From Eledone cirrhosa (Eukaryota): a stretch of 64,000 nucleotides of DNA. Made by a program: the position numbers and the translations under genes. Shown here piece by piece: positions 1 to 12,000 of this stretch (position 1 is its first letter; each line of letters begins with the position of its first letter). Location: positions 11,780,001-11,844,000 of the forward strand of contig OZ024759.1 in assembly GCA_964016885.1 (NCBI GenBank). The letters run 5' to 3'. Below the pieces are notes generated by a model, which searched no databases, was not told where the DNA came from, and saw nothing but the letters and a program-made list of their open reading frames with translations.

Positions 1-490
1 AAAGCACCCAGTCCATACTGTAAAGTGGTCATGTAGGTGTCATGACAAAAGCACCCAGTCCACGCTGTAAAGTGGTCATGTAGGTGTCATGAGCAAAAGC
101 ACCCAGTCCACACTGTAAAGTGGTCATGTAGGTGTCATGACAAAAGCACCCAGTCCACACTGTAAAGTGGTCATGTAGGTGTCATGAGCAAAAGCACCCA
201 CTCCACACTGTAAAGTGGTCATGTAGGTGTCATGACAAAAGTACCCAGTCCACACTGTAAAGTGGTCATGTAGGTGTCATGACAAAAGCACCCAGTCCAC
301 ACTGTAAAGTGGTCATGTAGGTGTCATGAGCAAAAGCACCCACTCCACACTGTAAAGTGGTCATGTAGGTGTCATGACAAAAGCACCCAGCCCACACTGT
401 AAAGTGGCCATGTAGGTGTCATGACAAAAGCACCCAGCCCACACTGTAAAGTGGTCATGTAGGTGTCATGAGCAAAAGCACCCTGTCCAC
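1..490. repeat. 48-49 bp minisatellite, same family as 38890-41062
   Basis: About 10 copies of aaagcacccagtccacactgtaaagtggtcatgtaggtgtcatgaca, running off the window start. Confidence 0.95.
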
Positions 491-649
491 ATACCTACTG
501 CAAGGCACCAATATACAAACAATTCTGACCATCTCCTGAACTGGATTGAGAGGTTGTTGCTTAGCAACTCCTCCCCTTGTCCATTTGAGCATTATTATTA
601 ATGTTCAATATAACCCATACATACATATGTATGTGAATATATGTGTGTG

Positions 650-706
<57 letters not shown>

Positions 707-1164
707 GTGTGTGTGTGTGTGTGTGGGCAGTAAAAAGCCCCACAGTCAGAATACTGGTAATCAGTGGTAATCTGAATAGCAGGTAATGTCCAAATCGATA
801 AGGTAGGAGGCCGTGTAAGTGTGGCAAAATAGTTGAAAATGAACGAACACAGGATCCTCCTGTGATTTGTTGGTTCATTTTCAATTATATATGCGCATAT
901 ATATATTTGTATAAAAGAGAGATGGAAGGCTCAGAGCTGATCATTTGTGAAACACATGTGCACAAATAGAATATGTAGAACTGAAATTTTGATTACTTAA
1001 TATAAACCCTCTGTATATTACACTAATAACAAACAGATGTTGGTGTTAATCCACAGTATTTTAACACTGAATATCCAAATCATTTAAAAGAATCTTGTGT
1101 TGAAACAGGTACCGGGTACCACCTCTAGTTGTTAGTATTACTCACCAACTGGCAGTATATATAT

Positions 1165-1705
1165 ATAAAATATTAAACAAATAATGAACAAACAATTCCT
1201 TATATTAAACAAAAAAAGTTCACTATTTAACGATCGTTTCTAGGGCATATATGTGTTATAATTGGTATGCATATTTAACAGATCTATGTACAAAATTATA
1301 CAAAATTATACAAATTATCAAGATTAAATATACATACCTAACTCATATATACGCCGTCTTCAGAAATAATTATTTCTGAAGACGGCGTATATATGAGTTA
1401 GGTATGTATATTTAATCTTGATAATTTGTATAATTTTGTATAATTTTGTACATAGATCTGTTAAATATGCATACCAATTATAACACATATATGCCCTAGA
1501 AACGATCGTTAAATAGTGAACTTTTTTTGTTTAATATAAGGAATTGTTTGTTCATTATTTGTTTAATATTTTATCTTGACTCTGTATACCGTTTATCTTT
1601 CACCGAAATTGGATTTTCATTACATCTCTTCTTTCCATGATATCCGGAATACATTGAGTTCTTCATACGGATTGGACACTACCGTAAACTCTTGGTAGAT
1701 TTATC

Positions 1706-1710
<5 letters not shown>
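1165..1710 (+). mobile_element. Fold-back (PLE-like) element: 410-bp palindrome plus unique tail
   Basis: 1165-1369 is the reverse complement of 1370-1574 with no spacer. The tail 1575-1710 is homologous to 35236-35370 in the opposite orientation. Flanked by (TA)n. Confidence 0.75.
1371..1515 (+). ncRNA. Putative minimal type I hammerhead ribozyme with long stem II
   Basis: tattt-CTGAAGA-[ggcgtatatatg...catatatgcc]-GAAAC-gatc-GTT-aaata. Stem I is tattt/aaata and stem III is the palindrome ACGATCGT. A mirror copy lies on the - strand at 1224-1368. Confidence 0.6.
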
Positions 1711-1757
<47 letters not shown>

Positions 1758-3346
1758 TATAGAGAGAAACTACAAAAAAAGTTTATTTGCAGAATTTAAG
1801 CAAATAGGAACAAAAAATGAGGCATGAATATTTTTTTTTTTCAAAATGTAAGTTTTAAATGAAATTTTAATAACATGAGTGTATATTGTATATTTTATAT
1901 AATATTTTATATCTCTATATTTATATTTTTGGAGATTTTAAAAAATAATCTCTATTTTAGCATGCTGTCACTTAGTTGTCTCAGTTTTTAGATATCAGGA
2001 TCTGATTCACACATGGAATGATTTTAGACCCTTCTTTATTTAAACACCTTAATGAGAGATTTCTGCACTTCAATTAACTCTTAATATCCTGTACCACATC
2101 ATACCACATTAGCCAGATATTCTTAAAAAACAACAAAACAACACTACAATTACATCACATTAAATATTAAAGTCTTTATTCTAATACTGTATATTTCCAG
2201 AACAATCTGTCCACCAGTAAAGATACTATAAGCATGTGAATTAACAAACCACATGAAACCACATTAACAAGACATTCTAGAAAAGTACAAAACAACACTA
2301 TGACTGCATCACATTACTCTAATACAGCAAATTTGTATAACAATCTGTCCAACAGCAAAGATACTATAAACATTTAATAGAAAACAGTACTATGACTACA
2401 TCGTATTAAATATTAAATCATTTACTGTAATACTGTAAATTGCCACAACAATCTGTCCACTAGTAAAGATACTATAAACATTTAATACAAAACACACAAT
2501 GACTACCTCACAGACTTTACAAAACACACAATGACTACATTACAGACTTTAGTATAATACTGCCAATTTCCACAACAATCTGTCCACTAGTAAAGATACT
2601 ATAAACATTTGAATTAACAAGCCTGTATTTAAACATTTTCTGCTGAATCATACAGGATGTTAAGAGTTGATGCACAATTGTATTTTAATATTTCTTTCAG
2701 AAATTCTTCTTTGTCTTTCACACACAATTTTATTGTCAATCATTATTATAATTGTTTTATTTGTAAATCTTTTCTTATTTATTTTATTCATTTGTTTATA
2801 TTTTTGTAATCTTTGTATGAAAATAGAAAATGTTTTACTCCAATAGTTTTGTCAAGAAAATGTTTCTTTTATTTAATTGTCAAATATATTTATTTTTAAT
2901 ATTGATTTTAAGAGGAATATAAAATATTTGTTGTCTGGTTGTGTAGGAAGACTGTAACTAGGTTTGGGAAGGAAGATTTATAAAAACTAAACAAAACAAT
3001 AATATAACTTCCCTAGGATTTATGATATATTTATTTCAGACTCTATGTATGATGTAGAGAAAAAATATATTAAGTTTGATTTAAATGCTGGGTTTGAATT
3101 TATCTTTTACTTAATGGCCTATAAATATATTTTATTTTTTATTTACTCAAACAAAAGTCTAAAATAGGTTTTGATTGTAACAAATCTTTGAAAATGTTGT
3201 TTTATTTTCTCCTACCTTTTTATAAAGAACCAAGTATAATTTCTTAACTTCTTAGATTTCTGAATGTTTAACCCTTAGATAATTTGGCACTTATTGCTAG
3301 TTAATAATGATATTGCTAGTTAATAATGAGCTAATTATTAATTTAA

Positions 3347-4265
3347 CCCTCTAGAATTTAAACCGGCCATGTCCAGCCAGAATTCTCTCACCTCTTTCTG
3401 TTCAAACTGGCCATAACTAGCTGCTCATAAACTTATGTTAAGGTATTGGTGTCAAAATAAATAATATACAAATCTCATAGATTCTATATTATGTGAGATA
3501 ATTATGTGAAATAAAGTGTTTACCATGAAAATACAATAGTATATATAGAGTAATGTAAATGTTATGTGAGATATTATGTGAGGTAAAGCCTTTACTGTGA
3601 AAATACAATAGTATATATAGAGTAATGCGAATGTTATGTGAGATATTATGTGAGGTAAAGTCTTTACTGTGACAATACAATAGTATATATAGAGTAATGT
3701 GAATGTTATGTGAGATATTATGTGAGGTAAAGTCTTTACTGTAAAAATACAATAGTATATATAGAGTAATGTAAATGTTATGTGAGATATTATGTGAGGT
3801 AAAGCCTTTACTGTGACAATACAATAGTATATATAGAGTAATGTCAATGTTATGTGATATATAATGTGAGGTAAAGCCTTTACTGTGACAATACAATAGT
3901 ATATATAGAGTAATGTAAATGTTATGTGAGATATTATGTGAGGTAAAGCCTTTACCATGAAAATACAATAGTATATATAGAGTAATGTCAATGTTATGTG
4001 ATATATAATGTGAGGTAAAGCCTTTACTGTGACAATACAATAGTATATATAGAGTAATGTAAATGTTATGTAAGATATTATGTGAGGTAAAGCCTTTACT
4101 GTGAAAATACAATAGTATATATAGAGTAATGTAGATATGATGTGAGGTAAAGCCTTTACTGTGACAATACAATAGTATATATAGAGTAATGTAGATATTA
4201 TGTGAGGTAAAGCCTTTACTGTGACAATACAATAGTATATATAAAGTAATGTAAATGGTAAAGGG
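3347..4265 (+). mobile_element. piggyBac-like MITE with internal 72/60-bp tandem expansion
   Basis: TTAA|CCCT...AGGG|TTAA ends. Same family as the roughly 220-bp copies at 28800-29019 and 62705-62924. Confidence 0.8.
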
Positions 4266-4412
4266 TTAAGTTGTATTGTCTATGTTTCTATTTAAACTTC
4301 ACTGGTTTCACCAATTTGTGTTCCATGGATAAATATCAACTGGAACATTAGTTGGAACCAATGATGGTCCAACATACACCTCTGTGTGTGTGTTTGTATG
4401 CAAAGTAATATA

Positions 4413-4456
<44 letters not shown>

Positions 4457-4460
4457 CATA

Positions 4461-5324
4461 CAGGGTGCGGACGATATTTGTTTGCAAGATTACTGTCTAG
4501 GAAAAATAACACAGTAGTTTTATTTTTTAAGATATATTTATCAAACTTGGGTCAGTTTGTCTTCATGACTTGTTCTTTCGATCTCACTCGATAAACCCGC
4601 CATTGGCTTTGATGACAGCCTCAAGGCGGCCTCGGAACCAGCTACAGGCCTTCGTCACTGTCCCCCGACTTAGGCCCCTAAAGACACTTGTGATCCTGGC
4701 CTTCAGATCGTCTTTCGTATTGCAGCTAGATCTGTTGGTATCTCGTTCCACTGCACCCCACACAAAGAAGTCAAGGGGGTTGCAGTCAGGCGAGCTGGGA
4801 GGCCAGATGTCAGGTGAAGTGTGGTCAACGAAGTTTTCTGACAGCCAGGCTTGGGTCTTTTGGCTGGTATGGCAGGGCGCCGAGTCTTGCTGCCACACGT
4901 ACGGCCTACCTGCAGCTACCTGGTTGATCCAGGGCTTTACTACCTCGCTCAGAACGTGGATATAGCCATTGGTGTTCAGCTTGAGGCCCTCAGGGAAGAA
5001 GTGAGGTGGCATGACGTCACCTTGACTGCTGACGACACCTAAGACCAATGTTCTCGCTGGAAACTTTGTCTGCATGACTCTGGGCATGTCTTTGGATGAG
5101 ACAGCAAGCCACCTGTTGTTCTGGGAGTTGATCTTCTGGTCTTATTTGTCCTCCCAGTGTGGATTCCAAGAAGAACCCCGTGTCTCTTCCACAAATTTGG
5201 AGGCTCAAAATTATTCATAATCAATTATTCTGAAAATAAATAATGGAAATATAGTCACGGAAGTAAAAAAAATTTGCATAAAATTAGCAGTTGAAAATTG
5301 CGAACAAATATCATCCGCACCCTG
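4461..5324 (-). mobile_element. Internally deleted Tc1/mariner-superfamily element, DD37D (maT) type
   Basis: About 26-bp TIRs cagggtgcggacgatatttgtttgcaa / ttgcgaacaaatatcatccgcaccctg, with TA on the left. ORF 4584-5087 contains WQQDSAPCH...WPPSSPDCNPLD with 37 residues between the 2nd and 3rd catalytic D. The first D and most of the HTH region are missing. Confidence 0.9.
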
Positions 5325-5453
5325 TGTATATATTAGAATTTCATTTCTGTGTATATGTGTATGTATGCAAAGTAATATATATATATATTTATATATTAGA
5401 ATTTCATTTCTCGCTCTAGCATAGCAGACTACATAAATGTAGCATAGATGTAT

Positions 5454-5496
5454 ACAGTCCTGATGAAGGGTAATGACCCAGGAACATGTTGATTGT
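5454..5496 (+). ncRNA. Putative minimal hammerhead ribozyme (one core mutation)
   Basis: acagtc-CTGATGA-a-gggt aatg accc-a-GGAAC-at-GTT-gattgt. 6-bp stem I and palindromic stem III ACATGT; GAAA reads GGAA. Confidence 0.55.
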
Positions 5497-5669
5497 TCCT
5501 TGATGCTACTGTGCCCTGATAGCCATCAGGGCACTGCATAGTAAAGCCGGGCTTGCAAACAAATCGAATATTATTATTCGATATAACCCATGCTTACATT
5601 TGTATATATATGTGTGTGTATATATATATAAATGTACGCATGCATACTTATATATATATATATATATAT

Positions 5670-5957
5670 CTAAAAGTCTAACGTCTGTCTTAAGCCAGAA
5701 GGCTCATTTGGCCGGTGCTTATCCCGGTTTCATGGCGTGAAGCGAGTGAGAGTACAAGACTCCCCCCTGGGCAGGGCACCAGTCCATCACAGGGTTAAAC
5801 CTCCAGCTATTGCTGCTACTCATTTTCAGCTGAGTATACTGGAGCAACGCGAAATGAAGTGTTTTGCTCAAGAATACAACATGCAACCCAGAAATCGACC
5901 CCACAAGATTATGATCATAAGTCCAACACCCTTACCACTAGGCCACATGCCTCCACT
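5670..5957 (-). mobile_element. tRNA-derived SINE with CORE-like and Meta-like central domains
   Basis: On the - strand: A-box tggcctagtgg and a degenerate B-box, then cttgagcaaaacacttcatt (CORE-like), then aaccctgtgatggactgg...ccaggggggagt...gcttcacgccatgaaaccgggataagc (MetaSINE-like, recognised from memory). Confidence 0.7.
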
Positions 5958-6573
5958 ATATATATATATATTGTGTTCCATGGATAAATATCAAATATCA
6001 CACACATATATATATATATATATAATGCCCAAAGAGAAAATTTTCCTCTCTATGGAAGTAGAGATTGATTTTGTGTGTCAGAGGTTTTTGTTGTCCACTC
6101 AAGACATGACATCAAAGGTTTTAGTTTTTGAGGCAACACTACATGATTGCTAAATGAACGCTACATGAATGGACTGTTGAGTATTCATTGAACTGTTCAA
6201 AGGAAAGTTTCAAACAAGGTTTTATTGCACAATGTAAATAACTACCTTCCATTCCAATTAGACAAATCAGTCTTAGATTATCTTAAGGAAAAGTTCTGAC
6301 ACAAAAAAATCAATATTCAATAAGGATCTGAGTAATAAGAATATGTTAGTGGATCATTTTATCTAAATTAACTCCGTAGGTGAGTTTATGTTTGTTTTAT
6401 TACACCCCACCGCAGCCTGATCAATACTCACTTTGTTATTATATTGTTATTAGAGATAGAATAAAATTTCTTTATAAATATAATTATGTTTTTATGGAAC
6501 AATTTGACCTGATAAGCAAAATGTTGACCGCATATTTTGGGGGTTGGTACCCTAAAAAATATAGTGCAGGCAT

Positions 6574-7320
6574 GTGGCCTTGTGGTTAGGGTGTTAGGCT
6601 TACGATCATAATATTGTTGGTATGATTCCTGGACTGGGTTGTGTGGCCTTGTGGTTAGGGTGTTAGGCTTACGATCATAATATTGTTGGTATGATTCCTG
6701 GACTGGGTTGTGTGGCCTTGTGGTTAGGGTGTTAGGCTTACGATCATAATATTGTTGGTATGATTCCTGGACTGGGTTGTGTGGCCTTGTGGTTAGGGTG
6801 TTAGGCTTATGATCATAATATTGTGGGTTTGATTCCTGGACTGGGTTGTGTGGCCTTGTGGTTAGGGTGTTAGGCTTACGATCATAATATTGTTGGTATG
6901 ATTCCTGGACTGGGTTGTGTGGCCTTGTGGTTAGGGTGTTAGGCTTACGATCATAATATTGTTGGTATGATTCCTGGACTGGGTTGTGTGGCCTTGTGGT
7001 TAGGGTGTTAGGCTTACGATCATAATATTGTTGGTATGATTCCTGGACTGGGTTGTGTGGCCTTGTGGTTAGGGTGTTAGGCTTACGATCATAATATTGT
7101 TGGTATGATTCCTGGACTGGGTTGTGTGGCCTTGTGGTTAGGGTGTTAGGCTTACGATCATAATATTGTTGGTATGATTCCTGGACTGGGTTGTGTGGCC
7201 TTGTGGTTAGGGTGTTAGGCTTACGATCATAATATTGTTGGTATGATTCCTGGACTGGGTTGTGTGGCCTTGTGGTTAGGGTGTTGGACTTAGGATCATA
7301 ATATTGTGGGTTTGAATGTA
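6574..7320 (+). repeat. 69-bp tandem array of a SINE tRNA head (about 11 copies)
   Basis: Unit gtggccttgtggttagggtgttaggcttacgatcataatattgttggtatgattcctggactgggttgt resembles the head of the SINE at 5670-5957. Confidence 0.85.
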
Positions 7321-8381
7321 CTGTTAGTCAGGAACTGGGATAAGAACTGGTCTGATGAGCCTTGAGACAGACTTCTTTTAGACTTAAACCCTCAAAATAG
7401 CAATGAGGGATTTTTGAGTGTTGGACTTCTTAAATTTCTTAAATTTAAATATTTAAAACATGTTAAATGCATTGACCAATGTGTTAGATGTGTTGACCAA
7501 TGTGTTAGATGTGTTGACCAATGCGCTAGATGCGTTGACCAATAAAAGTGTTTCCTCAAGATCAACAAAATTCAATCAGTTTTCAATTTCACACAAAATA
7601 ACATCACTCTAAAGTCCTCAGACTAATTTAGAAAGATTTAATCAAGATAATCTAAAAATTAATTAATTGTGAAATAATTGTTTCTACTTTTGGCACAAGG
7701 CCAGAAATTACCCAGTACATTACTGGTACTTTATTTTATCGACCCCAACTGACCAACATAATTGATTCAAAAGTTGGGTAAATGACTTCTTCCATAGCTG
7801 TGAGTTGCTCAATGCTTTATGAGTGACATTTGGTAGACAGAAACTGTGTGGTAGCCCATTGCATATGTATACATAGTGTGTGTGTGTGTGTGTGCCTGTT
7901 TCAGTGAGTATCTGTGTGTATATGCACAACAGTGTATATATGTCTGTATGTTTGTATGTGTGTCTTTTTACAGTGTATATTGGCAGGAAACTGAGTTAGT
8001 AGTGTAAACAAAGGAAATATCCCTTGAGATAGTTGTTCTGCATGAGTTTCACAAACACTCCCCTGCTAGAGTTTTGCAGTGTTTTATAGATAGTGTGACT
8101 TTCTTAGCAGCATAGTTGTCCCTTACAACATACGTGAATATGGGGTACCTATTGTAAACCAGATAGACACAGCTTGTGTATATTATACAGATATGTAACT
8201 AAGACCATCAATTATATAAATATTCTAGCTGGCCCTGTGCCATCAAAAATTACAGCTGATTGTATTATCTATACATAATATAAAAAAAGAGATGTTTGTT
8301 TGGTTCCTTTGCGCTCACGAATACAAGTGATACAAGCATACAAACACACAGCTATGACAAATCTTAGAACACTGGACTTGT

Positions 8382-8822
8382 ATAGTTTCTCACCCCCTCC
8401 TTCCTCGGTCATCTCTAGTGTTTTACGGTCAAATATACGAGGCTATTATATTGGTAGATTGGTAGTCATACGTATTTAAGGTGCTGGTCAGTTTTGACAT
8501 GAAATTTTCTGGATAAACTGTGACTTCTATAGTTTCTCATCCCCTCCTTCCTCGGTCATCTCTAGTGTTTTACGGTCAAATATACAAGGCTATTATATTG
8601 GTAGATTGGTAGTCATACGTATTTAAGGTGCTGGTCAGTTTTGACATGAAATTTTCTGGATAAACTGTGACTTCTATAGTTTCTCACCCCCTCCTTCCTC
8701 GGTCATCTCTAGTGTTTTACGGTCAAATATACAAGGCTATTATATTGGTAGATTGGTAGTCATACGTATTTAAGGTGCTGGTCAGTTTTGACATGAAATT
8801 TTCTGGATAAACTGTGACTTCT
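8382..8822. repeat. 147-bp tandem repeat x3
   Basis: Near-identical units starting at 8382, 8529 and 8676. Confidence 0.95.
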
Positions 8823-9090
8823 GCTCTGTAAAATATGGTTATGCTTGGAGTTTACTAGAAGTTATCTCAGTAGCTTGAACTTTTTTCTTACTAAACTGCT
8901 TAAAACTACCCCTAGTTCTATGATACTAAGCTGTTTGATTTAAAGTGTTTATAATTATCTAAAAGCCTTTCATCATAATTTTATGTAAGAACCTGTGTTA
9001 AGTTATGTTCTAAGCACCAGCTTAATAACGAGAATGTTAGTTATATTACTGAATTGTTGATTATTTTCAAAATTAATTGAAATGATAGAC

Positions 9091-12000
9091 TAGCGGCCAC
9101 CAACCAGTGTTCTTCAGACCACTTGTGGCCCGAGAGAGAATTTTGGAGGTCCGCAGAACAATTTGGACATTATTTGCAATTTTTATGTTTTATTAATAAT
9201 AAAACAAACATAATATTCGGTTAAAATATATTTTATAACCTAAAAAGTGTTTCCCCTCAGTAAAGAACTAACATCCATGAAAGAATTTTACACATATGTA
9301 TCATATATTGACAATATGACACAGGTACACTTCAGTATTGTTTAATAAAATGGAAGTTCTCTGGTCAGTATTTTACACATATGTATCATATATTGACAAT
9401 ATGTCACAGGTACACTTCAGTATTGTTTAATAAAATAGAAGTTCTCTGGTCAGTATTTTACACATATGTATCATCTAGTGACAATATGACACAGGTACAC
9501 TTCAGTATTGTTTAATAAAATGGAAGTTCTCTGGTCAGTATTTTACACATATGTATCATCTAGTGACAATATGACACAGGTACACTTCAGTATTGTTTAA
9601 TAAAATGGAAGTTCTCTGGTCAGTATTTTACACATATGTATCATCTAGTGACAATATGACACAGGTACACTTCAGTATTGTTTAATAAAATAGAAGTTCT
9701 TTGGTCAGTATTTTACACATATATATCATCTAGTGACAATATGACACAGGTACACTTCAGTATTGTTTAATAAAATAGAAGTTCTTTGGTCAGTATTTTA
9801 CACATATATATCATCTAGTGACAATATGACACAGGTACACTTCAGTATTGTTTAATAAAATAGAAGTTCTCTGGTCAGTATTTTACACATATATATCATA
9901 TAGTGACAATATGACACAGGTACACTTCAGTATTGTTTAATAAAATGGAAGTTCTCTGGTCAGTATTTTACACATATATATCATCTAGTGACAATATGAC
10001 ACAGGTACACTTCAGTATTGTTTAATAAAATGGAAGTTCTCTGGTCAGTATTTTACACATATGTATCATATATTGACAATATGACACAGGTACACTTCAG
10101 TATTGTTTAATAAAATGGAAGTTCTCTGGTCAGTATTTTACACATATGTATCATATATTGACAATATGACACAGGTACACTTCAGTATTGTTTAATAAAA
10201 TGGAAGTTCTCTGGTCAGTATTTTACACATATGTATCATATATTGACAATATGACACAGGTACACTTCAGTATTGTTTAATAAAATGGAAGTTCTCTGGT
10301 CAGTATTTTACACATATGTATCATATATTGACAATATGACACAGGTACACTTCAGTATTGTTTAATAAAATAGAAGTTCTCTGGTCAGTATTTTACACAT
10401 ATGTATCATCTAGTGACAATATGACACAGGTACACTTCAGTATTGTTTAATAAAATAGAAGTTCTCTGGTCAGTATTTTACACATATGTATCATATATTG
10501 ACAATATGACACAGGTACACTTCAGTATTGTTTAATAAAATAGAAGTTCTCTGGTCAGTATTTTACACATATGTATCATCTAGTGACAATATGACACAGG
10601 TACACTTCAGTATTGTTTAATAAAATGGAAGTTCTCTGGTCAGTATTTTACACATATGTATCATCTAGTGACAATATGACACAGGTACACTTCAGTATTG
10701 TTTAATAAAATGGAAGTTCTCTGGTCAGTATTTTACACATATGTATCATCTAGTGACAATATGACACAGGTACACTTCAGTATTGTTTAATAAAATAGAA
10801 GTTCTTTGGTCAGTATTTTACACATATATATCATCTAGTGACAATATGACACAGGTACACTTCAGTATTGTTTAATAAAATAGAAGTTCTTTGGTCAGTA
10901 TTTTACACATATATATCATCTAGTGACAATATGACACAGGTACACTTCAGTATTGTTTAATAAAATAGAAGTTCTCTGGTCAGTATTTTACACATATATA
11001 TCATATAGTGACAATATGACACAGGTACACTTCAGTATTGTTTAATAAAATGGAAGTTCTCTGGTCAGTATTTTACACATATATATCATCTAGTGACAAT
11101 ATGACACAGGTACACTTCAGTATTGTTTAATAAAATGGAAGTTCTCTGGTCAGTATTTTACACATATGTATCATATATTGACAATATGACACAGGTACAC
11201 TTCAGTATTGTTTAATAAAATGGAAGTTCTCTGGTCAGTATTTTACACATATGTATCATATATTGACAATATGACACAGGTACACTTCAGTATTGTTTAA
11301 TAAAATGGAAGTTCTCTGGTCAGTATTTTACACATATGTATCATATATTGACAATATGACACAGGTACACTTCAGTATTGTTTAATAAAATGGAAGTTCT
11401 CTGGTCAGTATTTTACACATATGTATCATATATTGACAATATGACACAGGTACACTTCAGTATTGTTTAATAAAATAGAAGTTCTCTGGTCAGTATTTTA
11501 CACATATGTATCATCTAGTGACAATATGACACAGGTACACTTCAGTATTGTTTAATAAAATAGAAGTTCTCTGGTCAGTATTTTACACATATGTATCATA
11601 TATTGACAATATGACACAGGTACACTTCAGTATTGTTTAATAAAATAGAAGTTCTCTGGTCAGTATTTTACACATATGTATCATATATTGACAATATGAC
11701 ACAGGTACACTTCAGTATTGTTTAATAAAATAGAAGTTCTCTGGTCAGTATTTTACACATATGTATCATCTAGTGACAATATGACACAGGTACACTTCAG
11801 TATTGTTTAATAAAATAGAAGTTCTCTGGTCAGTATTTTACACATATATATCATCTAGTGACAATATGACACAGGTACACTTCAGTATTGTTTAATAAAA
11901 TAGAAGTTCTCTGGTCAGTATTTTACACATATGTATCATATATTGACAATATGACACAGGTACACTTCAGTATTGTTTAATAAAATAGAAGTTCTCTGGT

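Noticed and set aside
6574-7320. Interstitial telomere or tRNA gene cluster
   Set aside because: Only one TTAGGG per 69-bp unit, and the units lack a full cloverleaf; they are SINE heads.
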